A stretch of 64,000 bases of DNA from Rhynchobatus australiae. Taxonomy: Eukaryota. Where the stretch lies: the NCBI GenBank assembly GCA_034780895.1, contig JAUZTB010000066.1, positions 16,284,633 to 16,348,632 of the forward strand, in the 5' to 3' direction. Both the position numbers and the translations under genes were made by a program. Below are positions 12,031-23,945 of the stretch, piece by piece. Within the stretch, counting starts at the first letter, position 1. The number at the start of each line of letters is the position of its first letter. The notes beneath the pieces were generated by a model. That model was not told where the DNA came from. It saw only the letters and a program-made list of their open reading frames with translations, and made no database searches.

Positions 12031-15000
12031 ATGTGAAATAACGATATAATNNNNNNNNNNNNNNNNNNNNNNNNNNNNNNNNNNNNNNNNNNNNNNNNNN
12101 NNNNNNNNNNNNNNNNNNNNNNNNNNNNNNNNNNNNNNNNNNNNNNNNNNCGATATAATTTCAGGGTGCGGGGCGGGGGTGGGCGGCTGTATGGTTGCCC
12201 ATCATCAGGTGAAAATGGAAGAGGAATATTTGGCGTTTGATGAAAACACAGTGGTGGGGTGAGTCAGTAAAATAGCTTCAATATGCATGAGCGTCTTCCC
12301 CGCCTGCATTTTAACCTTTGAAGTCGTATCCGCTGAAAACGCGAGAGACCATACGAAAGACCTAACAAGTCATTTTATCACCTCTTCACTTGTTGATGAA
12401 TGCCCTGTTCCTCGGGAAATGCTTACTTGTCATCTGTAATGGACGTCTCCCCCGATTTATCTCAAATTCGACACCAAATAGTGCTAAACAGATTTGCATA
12501 TTAACGTTAGAATTGAATTTTTTTTGATGTTTGTGTGTATTGCGTCTCGCGTTAGCGCGAATGGAGACAAGAAAGGCTCGGCCTGAAGTCATCATCTCCA
12601 ACAGCTGACAGATCACACCGGCCAAACTTGGGGCGCGGTGAAAGTTGAAGATTTAGTTTAGACTTTTACCGTAGTTTTCCAAACAAAACGCCTACCTATA
12701 ATCCGCTTGAGCTCAATCTTTTATTGCGGCACCCTAGGGTCGGGTGGGAATAGCCACGCATTTTATGTCGCGTCTGATTAAGGGAGCAGAATTGCAAGGG
12801 ATGAAAGAGGAGGCGCGGAGAAGATACTAAGACTGTAACACTCTACCCAAGCAGCACTTTCACCATTTCTAGTTTTACTAGAGTAGGCGCTGACAGACTG
12901 GAGTGGAGATGGTCCAAGATGCAGCTTGTCTGGAAACACAAGTCCTGTTTGCAAACATTTAGCTGGCGATGATATTAAACACTGTGAACTGCAGTGTCAG
13001 TACACATCAATTAGCGAATCCTCTCGATTGCTAGACAGCGTTTGTGCTTTTAACATCACCATGCTCCAGTAAGTGCATTTAGGTGTTCTTTATTTTTGCA
13101 TAGTTTTCTACTATTTCTTCTCGGGTTCTTCGCCTGTAACCGGAGTCCAACACTTTATCACATATTTGTGTAGATTCCACATGATGAACATGTGTACCGC
13201 CACTCTAATTCGTCACCTTTGGACAAAATATACCCGCCCCCCCCCCCGACAACGTGGTAATCATTCGACCAAGCGTGCCGACTTTGCCAATTTATTTAAT
13301 ATCTTTATGACTTCGCTGCATACAGCGAGGAGCAAGATTTTATACTATTGCGGGTTATCTTTTACTGTAACCGCCAAATATCATCAATTTAATCGGTAAA
13401 TTGGTGAAAAGCCGTTGAGTGGTTTCTGATAAATGAATGATCCATGACACTAAAAGTGTAAAAAAATCGCCTTTGCTCCGGGTCAAACTTTGCTTGTTCC
13501 TAGTGAAGTCGCAATATTTAGTGAGAGCCAACTCTCCTGTTTGTTGTAAGGACACCGTCTTTGTTACTCAGTTGCTTCTTCAGCCCACGTCTGCTGACCT
13601 GCCACTCACAGCACAGATTCCCCTCCAACCGACTCTTCACAGTTACTACCCTACGCACAATCTTTGCAAAGAAAAAAATCAATAAACTCTTTCTGCATAT
13701 GGGATTCTTCTCATGCAAAAGGGAGAAGCGTGACTGGTATGGACTTGGCCCTCCAGACTACACAGTGACAGCTGTAGTCTTCTATCTGGGGACTTCTTTC
13801 CTTTGACACTCTCCCAGATGACATGTGTTGGTCAGGAATGAATAGAGATAAGAGATGAGCAACATCTTTGTGACCATCGTGTCTACTTCTACTCCAATAT
13901 TTTATTCAGCTGCAAAGCATCTGGTTGTATGATTGCAACACAAGCTTCTCTCAAATATCAAAGAGTTTACAGTTAGGTGTCGAAAGTAATTCAATCGAAC
14001 ACCTCACACAGCCCATAACGTGATACACTTGCGAAACATGTGCGCTGTGTTTAAGAATTCAACATAAAATTGGCCAGTTTTTGCATTTACAGTACCTGTG
14101 TTATGCAACTGAACACACTTGGAAGTTCAACATTCTGAAACCCTGGGGCCGTTCTACAGAAGTGAAATTGACTTGAAATTAACAAGCAGGACAGTTGAAA
14201 CGAAACGTCTCCAGGTTTAGCAAATTTTAACCTGCAGGGGGTAAGAGCGCCAGAAAGAGAGAAAATGTTTCTTTTGCATTCTGTCCCATGCAAAATTATG
14301 GAGATGTTGCAAGAGGTTTAATCACTCAATTGAAAGGCTAGTTTAAATCACGTGGTTGGATGTGAAACTAACATTTGTGTGAAACACTTTGAAGTGAAGG
14401 TATTTATTTAAAGCGTATAAGACTGTTGCAAGAATTATGTGTGTTTGTGATAAGGGCGATCGGGTGGGGGAAATTAACGTATCCACCCAGTTTTCAGTTT
14501 TACATACAGCACACTCACTCAATCAGTTTCGACAGGAGCCACGATCACAGGCAACCTTCCCTCACCCTTTTTTCAAATTACTGAAGTGAAATGTAATCAA
14601 CTGATTACCACAGGACTCCGAGTAGAGTGCACTTTTTGACCCAGCTTTGTAAACGAACTTTTCAATTTTAAGCATCCATTTTCAGCTCGCAAGCATGATT
14701 GCATAAAAAAGTGATTATTGGACACGTTGCAGAGCCGATATAAATTTAAATAGCTTACGAAATAGAAAGTATACGTTGACCGAATAATCTGCTCTAATTT
14801 AGTCAAGAATATTTTCTTATGCTGACACATTACATTGTTCATTTTAAATGGACTGTTTAGGTTGAGAAACAGGCAACATCACCGGGATTCAATATCCAGG
14901 GGTGGAGAGTTTGCACATTGATACAATCATTCTTGACGCCTAAACTTAAAACCACACTGCGTGAATTCTGTCTTAACCCTTTCCCTTTAGAAAAATCCAT

Positions 15001-17871
15001 AGGGCGCGATTTTACAGTACTTCATCTAAGAAATGACCATGGCTGGGAGGAGAAGATTTATCAGCAAAGGCTCAAAGGCTGGCGGTATTAACAGGTCTAG
15101 AATCTCCTTAGCTTCATCAAAACAGCCAGAGTCACAGCCAGTGGCTGTCAACGCAGAATGGAAGGAGATATCGATTGAAAGTGAGCACCCAGTCATTGTG
15201 TATGAATGTTAACGGGTACAAACACAATTCACAAACTCAGCCTTTTCCTTTATATAGCACAGGAGACAGCAGGTTCACGTCTTTGTCCACGCAGAATAGG
15301 TCCCATCACTCTCCATTTCCGACGTTCTCTAACGCACTTTATTTGCATTGTATGCTAATATTGTACCTTGCATTACTTGTTGGTGATCGTGCATAGTGCT
15401 TTCAACAATGTACGCACTATGCATTTACACACGATGTTTGTAGATAATGGTACACCAAGCCAATTATACAACTATCGTCTGTTGCTAAATTGAGTGGATT
15501 GGAATATTATCATACATTTTGTTAAGATTATTACAGATATATTATGCTATAATCTTGGAAATAACGCTCTTCTTGTAACTTTAGACATATAGTGAATATC
15601 TATTTGGAGACTTGAATCTATTTTAAAAGTTGTGATATATGGTACGTCATTCACTAGAGAGGTTTTTAATGAAATGGCAACTTGGAGGGCAAGTTACCCT
15701 AAGACTTGAGTTCCAAATTTCAATCTGTAATTTATCCTCTCACCAATAATCTGTACAAAACACACGCAGTGGAGATTTAGGGCGAGAATCACCCAGTTAT
15801 AATCGTAATTTGATGTTCTATGATTATAGTTGCAGCTAATTACCATTAAAGGGCCAGTATAATGAAAGATCGCCAGCTACTCTTGCGTGTTTAAAAATCA
15901 AATTAAAAAATTATCGTCATTCAATAAAAATAAAATAACCTTTGGCCTATCATCAAAAGCAACCACTTTGCGGTTTTGAAAGCGATGAAATTGCCCTTCA
16001 TGTCAAAAGTAATCTTACTCTCCATGTTCCAGGGACTTCCTCCGACCCCCTCCTGGCTTCTTCACCCCTCCTCAGTCCACCTATTGTCTCACCCCTGCTC
16101 CTCCACTCTTTATNNNNNNNNNNNNNNNNNNNNNNNNNNNNNNNNNNNNNNNNNNNNNNNNNNNNNNNNNNNNNNNNNNNNNNNNNNNNNNNNNNNNNNN
16201 NNNNNNNNNNNNNNNNNNNNNNNNNNNNNNNNNNNNNNNNNNNNNNNNNNNNNNNNNNNNNNNNNNNNNNNNNNNNNNNNNNNNNNNNNNNNNNNNNNNN
16301 NNNNNNCTTGCTTTATAGTATCAGCTAACCTAACGACTAGAGATTATAGCACAGTAGCTATAAGTACACCTGTAGCGTTGAAATCAAGTCAAGGGGCAGT
16401 TGTCAAGTTCAGGTTTACAGGGAAATCGTTATTGTTCATGTTTTTAACCATCGACTCCTTTGCCCTCCCCCATAGCATGTGACTCTATCCGTAGAGATCA
16501 GACTGGTTGCTTCGCTCGTCAAGATCCGTTGACTCCCCACCCTCCTCTTGACCTCTCTGTTAGAAGATGTGGGTGACACTTGTGATAAACTGAGAAATAT
16601 ACAGCGAGGCTGTGATCGGCCAAGTGCAACTGGATTACAAACAACTGTGAAAGATCTCCCGTGACTTGAGCGGTATAGCAACAGCTTCGCATCAAATGGA
16701 CCACGAGTTGATCCATTCTGTGTTGCTGTAAACTTCGACTTGACAGACAGATAATATCTAAAGATTGCAGCATGCTCTCAGAACCTTTCCTTTTGAAGTA
16801 TCTAGACCATACTCTTTTAATAATACATTAATATCCATTCTGCCACAACAATGTCTCTCCTGACATGGAAAGTTTAAATTTATTTTAAATAGTGCATTAA
16901 GTAATTTAATTGCATGACTTAAGAACTAGGGTTGAAATATATGATGGCACTTTATTGATATAATTTGTTTGCGACTATACTTCGATCAATGAGGCTGAGA
17001 AAATAAGTTCAAGCATTGCCCCAGACATCAAAACCAATGGGAAGTGAGATTGCAGCAAACCACGAGCTAAGTACTTAGCTTTGGCTTTTGACCAACAAGT
17101 TCTGTTGATTCCATTCTGCTTGTTTTACTTTGTTTTCTTTCTGTACTTCGATTCCATAAAGTGCGAACAGGTTTACTAAGGAAGTTAAGGTACTTAAGAT
17201 CGATGTGCGCCAGAAACATGAGATACCAAAGTATTGGACCAACAATCATTAGATAAGGTAGTAGATTCTAAAAGTATGATGTTATAGATATGAACCTTAG
17301 GAACACGAACACTCAGCATAATATTTCGATTTATTTAATTGGACGTGTGTAAAGGCAATAGCTATCTCAAAGTATAACAGTGGGAATGAAATCACTGCGT
17401 AACTTGAATGGTATAGCAACAACTTTGCATCAGATGGACCACAGATAATCTGAGTTGATTGTAAATAGTTGAAAATAAGGTGTATTAAGCAAAATTAAGC
17501 CATGTACATATGATAATGATATCATAACTTTTCGCTTATGGACTTGGCAACATTTTATATGCATTTTAATTGTCTTAACAGGAGCAGAATTCATTAGGTG
17601 GCACCCCCAATAACGCAACAATGCATTTCTTTCCGAAGAACTTATAATGAGAAATTCAGCTTCTGATAATAACATCTCCCTCTGCCACTTTAGCAATTCT
17701 AATGATATATAAAATAAAACAGCTCATTATTATGCACGTAGAATTGCAATTGTTGTTTGCTGTGCTGGAGCTCTTTAAATTATAGATGTAAGTAGAATCA
17801 TAGTCTTTACAGGTATGTTAAGAAAATGAACGAGTTAAGTCAATCAATTCTTCTACCTAATAAAGGACACA

Positions 17872-18365
17872 GCAGCATTGGAAGCAGTCCAAAGGAGATT
17901 CACTGGGTTTATTGCTTGGATGAGAGGATTGTTCTATCAAGAGAGGCTAGACAGTCTGGTTCTGTATTCTTTGGAGTTTAGAAGAATGAGGGATAACCTT
18001 CTTCAAAGATCCTAACAGGACTGGACAGAGTAGATGTTGAGCCGTTTCCATGGTGGGACAGTCACGAACAAGGGGACATAGTTACAAAGCAAGAGGCTGG
18101 TCATTTAAAGCCGAGGTGCGCAGAAATGTCCTCTCTCAGAGGGTTGTGAGCCTCTTCGCTGCCCCCGAGGGCGGTGGAGGCCAGATATATTCAAGGTGNN
18201 NNNNNNNNNNNNNNNNNNNNGAATATTTGGAAGTTTGCTGAATTGAGGATTATGGGGAACTAGTACACAAGAGGAGTTGAGGCCAGCCTAGATCAGCCAC
18301 GATCATATTGAATAGCGGGATAGACTTGGGGAGCCCGGTGGCCTTCTCCTGCTCCTGTTTTCTTC
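17872..18365 (+). mobile_element. CR1-type LINE 3' fragment
   Basis: Degenerate LEAVQRRFTGFIAWMRGLFYQERLDSLVLYSLEFRRMRDNL, the typical end of CR1 ORF2, followed by 3'UTR-like sequence. Confidence 0.75.
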
Positions 18366-19855
18366 TGTTACTGTGTAGAGAACTCTAAACAAGACTCCAG
18401 TGAAAGCAGGGTATCACAGACTATTCCGAAAGATTTGACTCTTATGTACCTCAATGTACAAATAATAAAACGATGCGTATCCTCTTGGGAAGTCCATCGT
18501 CAAAAGTATAGCTCGAAAACACACTGGAGAGGTGGAAGTTAGTCAAATATTTGGTTGATCAAAAACTTATTTTGCCTGGGTTCGGCGTTCAGTAACAAAA
18601 GTTAACAGACCAAATCAACTGGTAGAGCAGGAAAAGATAAGACTCTCAGTAAATCACGTTCTCCATTGATCTCCCAACTTGGAAATAATCTTTAGTTAAG
18701 TATTCCTGGTGAAATGTTATGTTTTTATATAGCCAGATTTTGGAAGCAGAACTGTTCTGCTATTGCGTGTGTATTTTTTGGTATGAGTAAAAGATTATCT
18801 CAAGAAGTTCCTACCCGTAACATTGCATATTCCTTTTTTTTTTGATTATTTCTACTTTTACCTTATAACAAATTCGGAAATGGTTGTACTTCCATTAATC
18901 GTCCCACACGCTAATTATTACTTCACCTGCATTTGGACTTGGGCTTGTGAGTACGTGAACTTTCCCCACCACTCCAGCCATTCAGCGGACACCTGCAACT
19001 CGCCCTCGAACACTAATTGTGGAACTCAAAACATCTGCCAGTCGTGTCGAGATATTGACCAAAACAACACAACATTTTCCCCGATTAAAAAATTCACTGG
19101 CAGCCTGGATTAGAAATTCGATGAAGGCTATAGATCTTCCTGTAGTCTTGTCACTAGGACAGCTGCTATATTCGCTCCAAAGCCAATAATCCAGAGGCAC
19201 AGCGATGTCATTTCTTTTTTTTATTATTTCCCTCATTGACTCCAAATCAAGCTCCAAAACTTCAGTGAACAAACTTTTAAATCAGTTATGACATCGATCA
19301 ACTTCATTTTACCCCCAGGAACCTTGTGGTACTTCTGCAACGTTTAGCAAATGCTCCAATTAATCATCTCCGCCAACAGATATAATTGAATTGCTTAAAA
19401 TGTTTTGTGAAAAGATGCAGGGAAAGAGGCAAATTGTCCACCCAACGTTGAGTTTCCCAGGGAGATTCCGTTTGAGCAGGCGATACTATCAGTGTAATGT
19501 CAAAGGAAAAAGAACACATGCTACAAACTGNNNNNNNNNNNNNNNNNNNNNNNNNNNNNNNNNNNNNNNNNNNNNNNNNNNNNNNNNNNNNNNNNNNNNN
19601 NNNNNNNNNNNNNNNNNNNNNNNNNNNNNNAAACTGATGCGAGAGGCTGATAAATTGCAATCGGCCTCAGCGCTACACAGCAGGCTTGGGAATAACGGCA
19701 GTCTCAGAAATATAAATGGCTTATCAATGGCGTTACGCGGGGAGGGAAAATGCATGGGAGAAAGGGAGAGTGCAAGGAAGAGAGTATATCGGAAAGGAAA
19801 ATGGAATCCCCCCCCCTCCCAAGAATGCGATCCCAATCCCAGCGCATCCATCTTC

Positions 19856-19857
<2 letters not shown>

Positions 19858-19895
<38 letters not shown>
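19858..19895. repeat. (TG)19 microsatellite
   Basis: Directly visible. Confidence 0.97.
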
Positions 19896-19897
<2 letters not shown>

Positions 19898-21662
19898 CAA
19901 AAGCACTATCGAAGGCACGGTTTATATTTTATTTCCGCTAGATCAGGAGGGAGATATCGCTTTTTTTCTCGCGCTGGGAACGGGTGCTGGGGGAGAGATA
20001 TTTTATTTATATTTTACGGTTTTATGTTAGCGACGTGTCAAGGAGACAAAATAAATTGCTAATGCATAAGCAAAACCCGACTGCTTTGGCTTGCTGCGTG
20101 TCAGAACTGTGTGGAAGGAGTGGTGATATGGGATTTAGAACGGATGGGAGGCTCTGAGGGATTTAAGCTGGAAATTACTCTCTCGTCCTGTACAAAATCA
20201 GTGACTGATGATGGGCTTTCTGACTGAATTTGAAAGCGCTAGTCCTAGGGCAAAAGACTGGCTCTGATTTCTTTTTAAAAAAGCACTTGGTAAGAAAGAG
20301 CAGTTTGACGGAAGAATAGGTGCGTAAACAAAACGAAGATATTTCCAATATCTCGCTTTCGTCTTGCCTGTGGTTTGATTATACTATTAAGAAGTATCAT
20401 TTTCCAAAGCCCATTAAATTCGCGCTAATTACAATCAAGACAATGGCCTTTTACAAAATGTTAAACCGTATCCATAAGTTCAAGACTTGACCTAACATTG
20501 CAGTAAAAAAACATTTTTTGTTTAATCACCTGCATTAAAGAGGTCGTATGCCTATCAATTCTCAGCATAGAGTCGTTAGCTATCGCAAAGAATAAATTCA
20601 CATCGGATAATTGCGATAAATTAATAGTAACAAAAAACAGNNNNNNNNNNGAAGATTGACTACAACAACTCATTAATCCCAACAGACCAATGAATTAAAA
20701 ATGGCGACCGCTTTGACTGGGGACCTTAAATCCATGTGTGCAAACTTGATAGGGAAGGCCAAACCAGCATTAGTGGTTTCATTTGATCAATGAATTCTGT
20801 AAACAATTTATTTATACGGGATTCTACTTTCAACGTCCACGCGCAAATGCCCGAGTTGGAAGGTTCCTTTGCAAGGAAACTTTCAGCACCGGTGATATAT
20901 TATGGTTATGATGTCATTCGTGTCCTGAATGTTATAGGAATATAAATGGCCCCAAAACTGTAAAGGCTTCTTTCTCATATTTCATATGTGTAAAAAAGGG
21001 AATTTGTAAGGGTAATTTGAATTTACTACACACCTGAATGATTGTATACAAATAGGTCTAGCATTTGCTGTGTTTGCCCTGAAAGACTGAATTAAGCCTC
21101 TTGCAATTTAATCACCAGAGCCTTAAAATAACACATCCATCCAGCGATATTTTTATACCGTTGTATAAAACTTTGATATGATTTCTGACATTATAATAAA
21201 CCATGATTCTCATAGAGGAGGGGTAAAGAACTATAGTCTCAAGCGTCCAACTTCACATATTGCTAAAGGCAACACCGATTGAAACACGATTAATACGCGA
21301 TGAATTATATAATTAATCCTACAATATTTTTGAGACATAATTTGGAGCATAGTATTGAAGGTAGGTGCTAAATGCACCGCTTCTTTCCATGCTAGTTTAA
21401 ACATAAGTCGATCAAAATTTGCCCATTTAATTGCATAAGCGATTACAGCGACCACGTTGGTGCTGTTAAAAAAGGGTTACTTTTTCACAACGCCCAGCAA
21501 TAAACTGTTGTTTGTTGTGACTCGTTTTGCAGACACCTTTTCGGCGCTGGTTGTAAATAAAGGCTCTTCAGTGGACACTAGGTAATAGTTCTCACCTTGA
21601 TTACAAAGCTTGGTCCATATGTTGGATGATGGAGGTTATTGAAGAACTGGAGGTCACTGAAG

Positions 21663-21726
21663 AACTTGACACTCCTCCAAGACTGACCAAGTGGCCACTT
21701 AGTCAGACTTGGAGGAGTGTCAAGTT
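21663..21726. repeat. 64-bp near-perfect palindrome with no loop
   Basis: aacttgacactcctccaagactgaccaagtgg|ccacttagtcagacttggaggagtgtcaagtt; 30 of 32 positions complementary. Confidence 0.95.
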
Positions 21727-23541
21727 GAGCAAGGGTGTAGAGGTGGAACAGTGACATTCGAAACTTCGGGTTGTGGGGTCGGGCGTCAAGTTAACCTTTT
21801 TGTGGCCTTTGCCTCGAATCCGGCCTTGGTAACAATGTCTTTGATGTACTGAGCAATTTATGAGAAGCAATGTTGACACAGAGACATCCAGCGCTTTCTT
21901 TTAAGAGGAAGACGTTCTTAATTTATTCACCTCGCCGTCTCCTGTTTTAAAAGACAAATAACTCACAAACCGTCAGAAAGAAATCAGAGTTGCTTAGGGG
22001 AAGGATTAAACGAGGGGCAATGTTAATCAATGTTAAATGCATTTTAGGTAGGTATACAGAACGAGGAGAGGAGGAGGAATGATTATGTATATATGTATGA
22101 ATGTATATATATACATGAATAGTACCAAAATTAAATTAATGCTTAAGTGTACACAACTTGAAACAATAATACCCAAGCGGTTAAACAACAAGCCTTAAAT
22201 GTAGAAGAATTTAAAAATATATTTGGAATAATAATTATAAGCAACTGATTTCGTAGTATGCTAGCATTTATATTCGTATAATCTTTAATTGTCGGTGATA
22301 AAATGTGGATTTTGTAAATGTATTAACATTTGTCATAACTGAGGCCGCTTTAACATGGATATCATTGCAATGATTTAGTTCTTTTAGCATGTTATTATTC
22401 AGCCATCAGCTCTTGGGATGTCCCCTGCATCACCAGTTGTAAGCCCTGCGGGGTCCTTGACGTTGTAACTACACCTAACCCCAAAGGATAAATGGTAGTC
22501 CGTCCACAAGCGCGAATTCTAACACGGGACTAGGTATCTGTCCAGAAATATATTTATATTTGCCTTTTTTTTTATAAACACGAACTGAGTTACGACGCTT
22601 CTCGAAATTGGGTCTTAACGGCATCAAGGAATTGTCGAATTTCATTATAATTAAAGTCGCTGTTAAGTACAATCGAGAGTTAATTGTTATTTCTGAAGTG
22701 ATGACTGGGGATAAAACGTGCAAGTGAATAAGCCATTCCTACTCCTGATTGTATATGTGCTCAGCAATCTATCCTCTCCAGGCTTCACAGAGCACAGATA
22801 ATTCCTGGTGACAGTGCTTTGAGCCAGCCGAGTTAAAACCAAAGGTTTAATCACTCCATGCACACCAAATGCCAGGCATGGGGTGTTCTCATGGCTGCTC
22901 GCACTAGCAGCACAGAAACAAGGCCTAATCCCAATGCTTGCCTTAGGGTCAGTCAGTGCCTTCAAGGGTTTAGACGACGCAAACGCCAGGATTCACTGGC
23001 TGCTTCGGTTATGTACCGCGGGGCAGCCCCACGGAGGCAGTAACCGTGGAACTGAATCGTATCTCAGATGATCTTTGCAAAACTAAAATCACCCAATAGC
23101 TGCAAGGGTAAACAGCACCATAGGGCGACTTTCGCAAACCATACAGTTCTGCACTAGCCGGAGGGATACTCGATACCCCGGAGACCCAGTCCATCATAAA
23201 TTGCAATACCATGTTGGGAACCTCCACTTTAACCTTTTAAAGTCTTCAGGAGAAACATTGCACCTACTCTTACCACAACAAATCTTATTTCTGACATGTA
23301 GTAGGTTGAGACTGTCCTATTCTTTTTCCTAATGAATAATTAAATCTCATTTTTCTCGCTCGTCATTGCGAAGACCTCTTTACATTGTTCACCTTTAGCA
23401 ACACCTCCGGCTTTTCGAACAATTTTTACCCTAATCACACCTCCAATTCCCCCGTCTCCCTCTCCTTACTGTCGAAAGAAAACAACTATTCCTTCGGCAA
23501 ATGAAGTGATGTCTGATACAGCAAATACTTCTGTATATCAT

Positions 23542-23544
<3 letters not shown>

Positions 23545-23575
<31 letters not shown>
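23545..23575. repeat. (AC)n microsatellite
   Basis: Directly visible. Confidence 0.97.
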
Positions 23576-23577
<2 letters not shown>

Positions 23578-23844
23578 TCCAGAACCGGATTAGAAACGTG
23601 CTCACTGCACACACTCGACTCCCAACAACTTCTCTCTCCGCTCACTTAGAGCATAGCTCTCTATCCATAATGCTATCAGCTGGATTCAGGACTCTGGGTA
23701 CATTCTCCTTCCTATTTCTTGCCTGGACTGCTACTCGCTGCCTTCACAAACCTGAAAACTGCTGGAGATAGTCGCAAAAAAGCAATTCCCGCAGTGATGC
23801 TACTTCCTGGTCTCGTTCAGACCCCAGTCCCTTGCATACATAAA

Positions 23845-23945
23845 ACAGAAAATACTGCAAGCACTCAGCAGGCCAGGCAGCATCTGTGGAAAGGGAAACT
23901 GTTAAAACTTCAAGTAAAAAAGATCCTGCATCAGAAATTAATCTC
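23845..23945 (+). mobile_element. Old fragment of the Penelope-derived short element
   Basis: gaaaatactgcaagcactcagcaggccaggcagcatctgtgga resembles the arms at ~44380, ~51170 and ~60255. Confidence 0.55.

Noticed and set aside
19080-19210. PLDYWLWS and SEFFNRG resemble PEX5L PEDYSLWN and SGEFNRA
   Set aside because: Wrong order, no extension of similarity and no splice context.
19391-20062. 223-aa plus-strand ORF
   Set aside because: Spans a gap and a TG microsatellite, with no recognisable protein features.
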